64,000 nt of DNA from Eledone cirrhosa. Lineage: Eukaryota. This document shows positions 39,318 through 49,784 of the stretch, one piece after another. The stretch covers positions 344,596,001 to 344,660,000 of the forward strand of contig OZ024742.1 of assembly GCA_964016885.1 (NCBI GenBank), read 5' to 3'. The notes under the pieces are model-generated. The model saw only the letters and a list, made by a program, of their open reading frames with translations, was not told where the DNA came from and made no database searches. Each line of letters starts with the position of its first letter. Position 1 is the stretch's first letter. The position numbers and the translations under genes were made by a program.

Positions 39318-39480
39318 TTTGGCACAAGGCCAGCAATTACACAGTACATTACTGGTACTTTATTTTATCGACCCCGTAAGGATGAAAGACAAAGTTAACT
39401 TCGACGGGATTTCAACTCAGACCGTAAAGGGACGTAATTATGCTAGAAAACATGGCGTCCAACTCTCTACCGATACCGCC
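39318..39480 (-). mobile_element. tRNA-derived SINE
   Basis: Reverse complement of the family consensus (CTGGTACTTTATTTTATCGACCCCGTAAGGATGAAAG). Confidence 0.85.
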
Positions 39481-40149
39481 TAATGTTATTTTAAAAGGGC
39501 TAAACTTAATAGTTCAGATATTACCTGTTCTGGTTAATGATAATTGTTTTCCACTAATAAAGTTATAAATATCCAGTTTGAGTAGTGCAATTTATGGCGT
39601 GATTTTAGGGTGTTATTGAGCACATATTTGAAACATGTTAATATATATATTTAACAAAATATACACGCATGTATATTTACTACGGAATTGATATTAAGTT
39701 ACTACATATAAAGGTTATGAACGAAATGATGTATGGGTTATGTTACTAACTGGCTCAGTATAAATCTTGAGAGATTGGGTTTCACAGAACCAGAAATGAT
39801 ACAGCTAGTAGGAAAGTTGCAACTAGATTCTATTGATGGAATTGTAAAACTATGCAAGACATTTCAGAAATTCAGCATGTAATAATTGTATATACACATA
39901 TATAAATACAAAACAAATAGTATAACCCTCGGACCTAAATTCACAAACATACACACAAACACATACAGATATACATACGTAAGTATTTACATAGCTGCTA
40001 TTGTCTAAATTTCAATGGAAGATTCTTGAGTCTCTGATAGAGGTCGATTCTATCTATTGGTAGAAATTCTAAAGCAATAAAGCCAGAAAATATGTACCAT
40101 ATATACATACATACGTACATACAAATATATACATATATATATATATATA

Positions 40150-40249
<100 letters not shown>

Positions 40250-40286
40250 TAAATTATGAGAAAGTTCATGTAATGAAATATATTTA

Positions 40287-40373
40287 TACACACCTAAACA
40301 TGTACTAAGATATATCAATGCTTAAAGACTAGAGACAATCTGTACTGAGTGCGAAATTACTTATTTCGTAGAG
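40287..40373. repeat. 87-bp direct repeat, copy 1 (partner at 59548-59634)
   Basis: Ungapped match with four transitions. Confidence 0.85.
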
Positions 40374-40793
40374 AATCTTATTAAAATTAATATAAATATA
40401 TCAATATATTTCCCTCATATGTATCCACCATAAAATCAGAATACATTTCACGAAATAATGGTAAAATTGGGTATTTTGAAAAGGATCGTCAGTGAGGGAA
40501 TTCCAAAATAGCCAACCTCGCCCGATACATGGTTGAAAGTGACTAAAATCGCACATGGTGTGAATTTAGCACCCGCAACGACATGAAAGGGTTCTCGTCC
40601 ACTAGCAGTAGCAGTCCAACCCCTCGACATATGAAAACAGCTCACCAGATAGGGAGCAGAAATATTATTTAACATTCAAAGTAAAGGATGTCATGAATAA
40701 TAACAAAATCAAACTTATGTTATTTCTATAAAAACAGCTCACGATAATAAAATCGAGCCTTAATCAATTATAAGAAAGTTAATGAAATATATT

Positions 40794-41890
40794 CGGCACC
40801 TCCAGGTATTCCTCACCGGTCAACCGGTGCGGGCCCCGTTTGTGAGGTGAGCCTTTCCCAGACTCGTCTCACTCACCGAGCTGCAATCCTGGGTCAAGCA
40901 AAGACCCAGAAAACTGGGCGCCTGGCACACCGAGTGTGCCCAGGCGCTCACGGCTCTCTGGCAGGCGGACCCGGCTGTCAGTGGAGAATCCACCTCGTCA
41001 TTCTATAGAGGGCTGGTGGTTAGCAGGTGCGACGACGCCCTCGGAGAAGCCCTAGGCATGGAGGAAGACGAACTGGCCAACCTGTTCGTTAGGACATTCA
41101 GCCCGAGACCCATGGATAACTTCCAGAGGTCCCTGGCCTTGCAGTGCTACCGAGGGGCTCTGCCCGTTCGAGAAAGGCTCTACAGACACGGGTGCCTGGG
41201 TAGGGACCCCTCGAAAAAGATCTGTCCCAGATGCGTGTGCGACGAGGAAACCGTTGCACACGCATTAGTACACTGCTCGGGCATTGCCGATCTGTGTGGC
41301 TATGTCGAACAACTGCTGTCAAGGGTGGGACCGATCCGGTTGACCACCGAGTCTATTGTAACGTTCAAGCCACCTCCCCTCTTCAAAAACGAAGGAGAGG
41401 CGGTGTTTCTGTGCGTAATAGCCATGGCGAAAGAGGTTGTATGGTGGACGCGTCTGAAAGGACTGAGGTCAGACACCTTTCTCTCTGGCCAACAACTGGT
41501 CCGTTTCTTCCGATATCATTTCGGAAGAAGGATCAGGATGGAGAGAGCGTTGCTGCACCCCAGCCGTTTTTATGAAAGATAGGTGAAAGTGGCGAGAATG
41601 GCCGTGTGAATGGGCCTTCACTCTACATCAGACTATCGGTGAGGAAGATGAAAGACCAAGGGAGCACCCCCTTTCTGTGCTCCTGAGGAGAAGGGCTGCA
41701 CACTTTTTTTCGGGGGTGTGTGCGAACCCCCAAGGCGCCTCCTCTCTATTGAGGATTTTGCTATAAATTTTATCTTGTTATATTTTATTTTATTTTTATA
41801 TTTTGTTATTGCCTCCTCCTTATTGTTATGTAAACTCCCCCCATTTTACTTGTCCCAATTTTTGATGCCCTGGTGGCAAATAAAAAGAAA
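40794..41890 (+). mobile_element. Tx1-clade LINE array copy A, 5'-truncated
   Basis: ORF2 3' part with CPRC...HALVHC, 3' UTR, AATAAA, (TATC)n. Confidence 0.92.
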
Positions 41891-42123
41891 ATTATCTATC
41901 TATCTATCTGGACACATGTGCTGAGCTCACTCGGTAAGTTTTTGTTTAAATTCATACGGAAATTGTAAACTGTAAACTTTCATTTTTGTACCATTTTGTA
42001 GAGGGACTGCCAGGTCAAATTTTGATCTGGTCGGTCTCTCAAAATATTCTCCGCCTTTGGGCGAAATAGTATTGTGAACATTTTATCTTTCGAAAAACTT
42101 CGAAAAACCCTATTTTGAGAAAA

Positions 42124-44014
42124 ATGGCTGAAGCATCTTCACCATCAATCAAAGAAGGAAAGGGGAAGTCATACTCACAGCTTCCCCCTGCCACTGTCAC
42201 AGCAGCAGATGCCAAAGGCAGAGGTCAGAGAGAGGAAGAATTGTCTTCACCTGTTGACCGACCACTAGATGTAGCCACAACTACACAAGAATTTGAAAAC
42301 AACAACAACAACAAAGACAACAACAGCAACAATAAAGACAACAAAAACAACAACAACACAAACGTCACAAGTATCCACACACCAAACGAGAAAGACAACA
42401 ACAACAACAAAGATGAAAACAACTCAAACGACGAGAAACAAAACAATACTAAAATCCAAAAGCGAAAACAAAATATCTTTTGCACAAACGGCTAAATTAT
42501 CAGTCGCGTATGTGCTTGAAGATATTTCAAAAGCAAAAGAAATGCTGGAAAAAGCCAAGAAATATGTATCTTTTGGCGAAAACGGTTCGTTTTCTATACA
42601 TTCACCTCCAGAACTAAAAAAACAGACGGAATTACGAACTGTCGTATTCCGAACAATTTTAAATAAAACAAAAAAACCAGCGCAACCATCTCAAGCCGAA
42701 ATTCAGTTAGTCTTGAAAGACGCGATGAGAGACATCACTTTTATACAAAAGGATAAACTCTATGGGAGTTTATCCATATTGATGAAAGACGAATTGGCGG
42801 CGAAAAAATACTCTGTGTCGCCAATTCGGTCCACACACTACACCTTCTTCCCCACCTACATGGGTAAAAAAACCCAGAGGATATGGATAACCACCATCAC
42901 CCCAAACATAAACTACTGGTGGTTACTAACCGGCTTCCTCAATTTAGACGAGGACAACCTCATTTCAATAGGGAAGGCATCCGGCGACGCGTTCAGTGGA
43001 ACGAGCATCGAAGTTCTGACCCAAATAAGGCCAGAACGCATCGACCAAATCCCTGAGCGCGTCATGCTGGATGACCGTACCCACCTCAACATTATTGTGG
43101 AGGGTAGGCGTCCCTCCTGTTACCTCTGTGGCAATAGAGGTCACCTGAGGGCTGCCTGTCCCCAGCTCACACAGAAAAAAACACTGCTACCAACACCAAC
43201 ACCGCCCCAACAACAACAACAAAAACAACCACAACAACAACAACAACAAAAACCAACAACCCCACCACCACCACCACCACAACAACAACAACAACAACAA
43301 CAACAAACACGTGAAAAAATAACACAGAATACCGTCCCACCCAATCCCTCCCCACCCAAAACAAATACAAAAACACACACACCGCAAACACTACCAGAAA
43401 ACATACCCCTCCCACCCAACAAGGAAGACGAACCCCTTTCGTCGCAAGACGAAAAAGATCCCTTCCAACAAGTAAAAAGAAAGAAGAGGAGACGCACCAC
43501 AGACACACATGTTAACTTTAACCCCCCCCCCTCCCCCCAAGAGAACACAAACTACACACAAACCACCCCTCCCTGTCACACAACACTAAAACACTAACTG
43601 CTACACAAAAAAAGACCTTACAATATACATACATGAACACAGACAACAAAGAATTACGGAAAACAATTTCAGCAAACCCATCGGTCCAAATTGAAGGGCC
43701 TAACTTTAAAACTGCTGTGGGACTACCTCATTTGAAAATGATAAAAGTCCCAATGCACTTGTACAAAACACTGAAAATAAATTTCACGGAGGACGTGCCC
43801 CCCCCCCCCCCCCCCCCCCCCGCGCCAAAGCAATCAACCGCGTCCTCCTAAAAAAATCCCCCCACCCCACCCAGACACCCACTCAACCACAAACACCCCA
43901 ACCCCACAACACACCGATGCCCCTTCACTTCCACAAACCACCACCCCACCCAACAACCCATCCCCAACCAGCATGGAAATTGAGCGGCCCGTTTCCCGGG
44001 ACGCAGAGAGGTAA
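42124..44014 (+). pseudogene. LINE ORF1 with CX2CX4HX4C knuckle, frameshifted
   Basis: MAEASSP start, poly-Asn, CYLCGNRGHLRAAC, poly-Gln/Pro tract; split over several frames. Confidence 0.88.
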
Positions 44015-44038
44015 GTGCCTTTTCTCCTTACCACCAAC

Positions 44039-47000
44039 ATGGCTGTGCTAAGAGTAGGGTGTCTAAATGCGCGTGGCCTGGGCTCGTCTTGGAAGCAAGC
44101 AATGCTTCTAAATGACCTCAGGTCACAATCTATAAATGTGATGGTTATCTGCGAGGCCCGGATCAGCAGCATGCGACAGCTAGCCTCCACCTTTGACGAC
44201 TTTGAGATGCACGCATCTCTCTGTCAGCCCGGAGGTGGGGGTTGGGTTGTCGTTCTACTGCAAAAACATCTGGGTCTTGCCACACAGATAGTTCACTTGG
44301 ACCCAGGGGGTCGACTGGTGGTGCTGGACCTTGGCAGTGGTGAAGGTGGAGCCTTTAGGCTGGTAGCCGCATATGCCCCTTTTGGGACAGAGCGGCCCGA
44401 CTTTTTCCAGCGTCTGGAGTCTTTTCTAGGGACGTCCCGTTCCCTGCTTTTAGTGGGGGACTAGAATGGTATCCTAGATGCACGTTGGGACTATCCAGGG
44501 GCATGTCCCGATAGAGAGGGGTGCAACAGCCTCAGGGGTTACTCGGCCGATTTGACCTGGCCGATAGATTTCGACTAGATTTTCCGACGGTGCCAACCTG
44601 GTCTTGGTCAAATCGCAGCGGATCATCTAGGTTGTACCTAGATAGATTTTTAGTTAGAAATAAGGACAGGGACTTTTTAAGTTGTCCAGAAATGCTCATG
44701 GTTGGCTATTCAGACCACAAGTTGGTGACCTGCATGGTCAACCTTGATAGAACGCATAGACAGGGCCCCGGTTACTGGAAGCTCAACTTGTCCTTGCCAG
44801 CAAGTAGAGCCTACAGGATCGGATTAGTACGTTAGTTAAGGAACGGTTGACTGGAGCGATCGTCAACAGCAGGTGGTGGGTATCTCTAAAGAGAGAGATT
44901 AGAGTAGTCTCGATAGAATTTAGTAAGGTTCTAGCTGCGGATAGGAATAGGAAGGAAAGGGAGCTAATAGATAGAGTAGAAGAGGCTATTAGAAGCGGCG
45001 ACGTGGCCAGAGTGCTAGCGTCGAGAACGGCTTTGAGCCAGTTTTTCGACGCGAAGCACGAAGGCTGCGTTGTCCGAAGTAAAATACGTGCTCTAGGGAA
45101 CGAGGGGACCAAAGCTGTTAGCTGGGCCCGCGTGACAGAGGCCAACAGTGGAACTAAATCCACCATCCGGTCTTTGCGAGACCTGGATGGACGGGCGATT
45201 CTTGAGCCTAAGCAGATGTGTGAGGCCTTTCAAAGGCACTTTGCCCGACTGTTCGGGAGGGGCGGGGACCGGTTGGGAACGTGGACTTCGGTCCATAGCT
45301 CGACGGCCTGCCGCGCCTCTCGGACAGGGAGACGAAGTCCTGCGAGGAGCCGATTTCGGCCGCTGAGATAGAGGACGTGCTGAGCCAATGCGGCAAACGC
45401 AAATCCCCGGGTCTCTATGGTCTTCCTTACGAATTATATCTAGCTATGCCGGCCTTGTTCCCCGATCTCCTCGAGGCGGTCTACTGCAACTGGCGACATA
45501 ACGGGAGAATTCCCTGTACTGTGACCAAGGGCGTAGTCACGCTAGTGAGGAAGGACGAGAACAAGGGGGACGAAATAAGTAACTTCAGGCCCATAACTCT
45601 GCTAAATACAGAGTTACAGATTTTGGCCAAGGTGCTAGCAAAGAGGTTGGCGCTTGTCGTGGGAAACCTGGTGGGTGATGCGCAGACATGCGCTATCCCG
45701 TCCAGGTCCATCCATGACAACCTCCACCTCATGCGATACATCATAGAGAGGGTTGGGAACGAACCCGGCTTTGGTGGGGCTCTGATCAACTTGGATCAAT
45801 CTAAGGCGTTCGATAGGGTCGACCATGGTTACCTGGATGCGGTGCTAGCGGCGGCAGGCTTCGGACCCGTTTTCAGGGGCTGGATCACTGCTATGCACAG
45901 CAGCCACATCTGTTCTAGGGTCAAGGTGAACGGCTACCTCTCGGAGCCGTTCAAAATCGCGCAGTCCATCCGACAAGGGTGCCCTCTCTCCTCCCTTCTG
46001 TATGTGTTGACTCTCGAGCCACTACTGCGGAAGTTGGAGTTGTTGCAGGGCATCCCTTTGGAACCGGGATTGCGGAAAGCGGTGTCGGCCTACGCCGATG
46101 ATGTGACAGTAATGGTGTCGACGGCCTCCGAAATCGAGGCGGTCTGCACCTTACTGGAGGAGTACGAAAAGTTCACAGGGGCTAAGCTGAACCGGGACAA
46201 GTCGATCGGTTTGCAACTCGGCACGTGGAGGGGCAGACCGATGCCCTCCGATGGCGTCGTCGGACGCTGGACGGAGGGCCCGGTGAAGTTGCTCGGGGTC
46301 TGGTTCGGACCGGACCTCCAGGTGGAGAAAAACTGGGCGGAGGTTACGAACAGGGTGTTTGCACTGACCCAGAAGTGGGCCAGTTGCAAACTATCCCTGA
46401 AAGGTCGGGCGGAGGTGGCGAACACCTACATAGCGTCCGTCATCTACAACCGCCTGACCGTAGTGCCCTGCCCAAGGGAAACCCTCACCAAGATGGAGCG
46501 CGCACTCTTCCAATTCCTTTGGAAGAGGCGGGCTCCTATGGTGAGGAGATCCATCTGCTGTCAACACCCTTCGAAAGGAGGGCTGGGGATGCCGTGGCTA
46601 ATGATGCTTAAACACGCATTAAGGCTACGGCACCTCTACGTATTCCTCACCGGTCAACCGGTGTGGGCCTCGTTTGTGAGACGAACCTTTCCCAGACTCG
46701 TCTCACTCACCGAGCTGCAATCCTGAGTCAAGCAAAGACCGAGAAAACTGGGCGCCTGGCACACTGCGTGTGCCCAGGCGCTCACCGCCCTCTTGCAGGC
46801 GGATCCGGTTATCAGTGGAGACTCCACCACAACATTCTATAGAGGGCTGGTACGCAGCAGGTGCGACGACGCCCTCGGAGAAGCCCTAGACATGGAGGAG
46901 GACGAACTGGCCAGCCTGTTCGGTAGGACATTCAGCCCGGGACCTATGGACAACTTCCAGAAGTCCCTGGCCTGGCAGTGCTACCGAGGGGCTTTACCCG

Positions 47001-47473
47001 TTCGAGAAAGGCTCTACAGACACGGGCGCCCGGGTAGGGACCCCGCCAAAAAGATCTGTCCCAGATGCGTGTGCGACGAGGAAACCGTTGCACACGCATT
47101 GGTACACTGCTCGGGCGTAGCCGATCTGTGGGGCTATGTCGAACAACTGCTGTCAAGGGTGGGACCGATCCGGTTGACCACTGAGTCTATTGTAATGATC
47201 AAGCCGCCTCCCCCCTTCAAAGATGAAGCAGAGGCGGTGTTTCTGTGCGTAATAGCCATGGCGAAAGAGGTTGTATGGTGGACGCGTCTGAAAGGACTGA
47301 GGTCAGGCACCTTTCTCTCTGGCCAACAACTGGTCCGTTTCTTCCGATATCATTTCGGAAGAAGGATCAGGATGGAGAGAGAGGTGCTGCACCCCAGTCG
47401 TTTTTATGAAAGGTGGGTGAAAGTGGCGAGAATGGCCCGTGTGAATGGGCCTTCTCTTTACATGAGCCTGTAG
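44039..47473 (+). pseudogene. LINE ORF2 (APE-RT-CCHC), disrupted
   Basis: GCLNARGL, LVGD, YSDHKLV, GPGYWKLN, LDQSKAFDRVDH, RQGCPLS, AYADD; stops at ~44462 and ~46724 plus frameshifts. Confidence 0.93.
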
Positions 47474-47970
47474 GTGGAAAAGAGGAAGGAACGAGCGAGC
47501 ACCCCCTCTCTGTGCTCCTGAGGAAAAAGGTTGCACACTTTTTCCGGGGGTGTGTGCGACCCCCCCAAGGCGCCTCCTCTCTATTGAGGATTTTGTTATC
47601 AATTTTATTTTTTGTTATATCTTATTTTATTTTTATATTTTGTTATTGCCTCCTCCTTATTGAGGACGCCTTTTTGTGTAAACTCCCCCCTTTGTACTTG
47701 TCCCACTTTTGATGCCCTAGTGGCAAATAAAAGAAACATATCTATCTATCTCTCTGGGATGGACACACGCGTATAACTTGCTGAGTAAGTTCTGTTTAAA
47801 TTTCTATAGAAATTCTTGTCTGTTAACTTTAATTTTTGTACCATTTTGTAGAGGGACTGCCAGGTCAAACTTTGATCTGGTCAGTCTCTCAAAATATTCT
47901 ACGCCTTTAGGCGAAATAGTTAAACAAAAAAAAAAGTTTTTTCTTGTTGAAAAGTCAATATTTTTTTTAA

Positions 47971-49719
47971 ATGGCCGAAGCTTCTTCACCAAAATTCGAA
48001 GGAGGAAAGGGGAAGATAAACTTACAGCTTCCCCCTGCCACTGTCACAGTAGCAGAGGTCAAGAAGAAAGGTCAGCCAGAGGAAGAATTCTCTCCACCTG
48101 TTAACCGACAACTTGACGTTGCCATGGCAACAACCCAAAGAACCAGCGGCACCAGCAACAGCAACAACAACAACAATGCGACGGACGAAAACAACACCAA
48201 TAACAATAACAACAACAACAAGACCAATAACGGTGACAACAACAACAATGATAACAACAACACCACCAACGACAACAACAACACAAACAAACAAAATTTC
48301 TCCTTCGCCGAGACGACAAGGAAAACCCTCGACTATCTGCCAGTAGATATAACGAAAGCGAAGGAGCTACTGGCAGATGCGAACAAATATATAGTGTACG
48401 GAGAAAATGGTTCATTCACAATCCATTCCCCCCCGGAACTAAAAAGCCAGAGATTCCTAAACACGGTCATGTTTAGGACAATCTCGAACAAAAGTAAAAA
48501 GCCAGCTCAACCATCACAGAGTGAGATAGAGCTGGTTTTAAAAGACGTCATGAAGGACATCACCTTCATTCAGAAGGATAGACTCTACGGGAGTCTATCC
48601 ATTCTCATGAAGGACAGGGACACAGCAGTGAAACTGTCCATCAAACCAATCACATCCACCGCATACACCTTCTACCCTACGTACATGGGTAGAAGAACAC
48701 AAAAAATAAAAATCCACACCATCCTGCCGATTATGGACATATGGTGGGTTTTGACAGGTTTCCTGGACCTGGAGGATGACATGCTGGTGTCCATGGGAAA
48801 GGCATCGGGTGACGCGTTCAGTGGAACGAGCCTCGAACTTGTAGTTCAAATGAGGCCCGAAAGGATCGCCCAGATCCCTGAACACGTCATACTGGATGAT
48901 CTATCCTTCATCAACATTACCGTTGAGGGTAGACGGCCCTCGTGTTACCTCTGCGGAACCAGAGGTCACCTGAGGGCTGTCTGTCCCCAACTTAATAAGA
49001 AAACCCCAATCCTGCCTACACCACCAACAACTGCACAACCAACACAATCACCACAACTACCACTACAAAAACAACCACCACAGCTCAAACCAAAACAAAA
49101 CAATGTCCAACCCATCCCCTCCACTCAAAAAACCAAAACAATTTCCAAAACACCCGCACCGCAAACACAACCCGAAAATATACCCCTCCCCTCCAACGCG
49201 GAAGATGACCCTAGTTCGTCGTCAGACGAGGAGGAGCACTTCCACACAATCAAAAGAAAAAAAAGAAAACACACCTCAGACACACAAATGAAAACAACCC
49301 CTCCCCAAAACATGACACTGACACCAACACAAAAGAGCTCACAACAACAGCAAACAAAAAACACCACACAAAAACAAAAACATGCATACACATACATAAA
49401 CACAAGAAACAAAAAACTGTTAAACATTGTGTACAACAACAATCTAATAAAAACACAAGGGCCTAACTTCACCCAGGCAGGGGATTTCCCCCACCTCAAA
49501 ATGATTAAGGCCCCACAGGACACCTATAAAACTTTAAAAAACAATTTTAAAGAGGACGTGGGTCCCCCCTGCGTCGGGCCCATTAACCGCGTCCTCCTAA
49601 AAAAACTACCCCCTCCCCAAACACCCACACAACTCCAAGCTCCCCAACCACACAACACACTGATGCCCCTACACTTCCACAAACCACCACCCCACCCAAC
49701 AACCCATCCCCCACCCTAA
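47971..49719 (+). CDS. LINE ORF1 protein (582 aa, open): poly-Asn region, conserved central domain, zinc knuckle, Pro/Gln/Thr-rich tail
   Basis: Uninterrupted ORF with CYLCGTRGHLRAVC; homologous to ORF1 of copies 1 and B; the true C-terminus may lie in the -1 frame. Confidence 0.85.
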   Translation: MAEASSPKFEGGKGKINLQLPPATVTVAEVKKKGQPEEEFSPPVNRQLDVAMATTQRTSGTSNSNNNNNATDENNTNNNNNNNKTNNGDNNNNDNNNTTNDNNNTNKQNFSFAETTRKTLDYLPVDITKAKELLADANKYIVYGENGSFTIHSPPELKSQRFLNTVMFRTISNKSKKPAQPSQSEIELVLKDVMKDITFIQKDRLYGSLSILMKDRDTAVKLSIKPITSTAYTFYPTYMGRRTQKIKIHTILPIMDIWWVLTGFLDLEDDMLVSMGKASGDAFSGTSLELVVQMRPERIAQIPEHVILDDLSFINITVEGRRPSCYLCGTRGHLRAVCPQLNKKTPILPTPPTTAQPTQSPQLPLQKQPPQLKPKQNNVQPIPSTQKTKTISKTPAPQTQPENIPLPSNAEDDPSSSSDEEEHFHTIKRKKRKHTSDTQMKTTPPQNMTLTPTQKSSQQQQTKNTTQKQKHAYTYINTRNKKLLNIVYNNNLIKTQGPNFTQAGDFPHLKMIKAPQDTYKTLKNNFKEDVGPPCVGPINRVLLKKLPPPQTPTQLQAPQPHNTLMPLHFHKPPPHPTTHPPP

Positions 49720-49784
49720 TGGAAATTGTGCAGCCCGATACCCGGGACGCAGAGAGGTAAGTGCCTTTTCTCTTCACCACCAAC

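Larger units (their letters stand above)
41910..47735 (+). mobile_element. Tx1-clade LINE array copy B, full-length, defective
   Basis: 5' UTR, ORF1, ORF2, 3' UTR, (TATC)n tail. Confidence 0.94.

Noticed and set aside
40784-40792. GAAATATAT as a target-site duplication for the whole LINE array (also at 53621)
   Set aside because: GAAA is part of the element 3' end, and the same string ends the 10.9-kb fragment; better read as target similarity.
42040-42075. HDV-like or hammerhead ribozyme at the LINE 5' end
   Set aside because: Only a small hairpin plus GAAA; no P1.1 GG/L3 pairing or CUGANGA box could be fitted.
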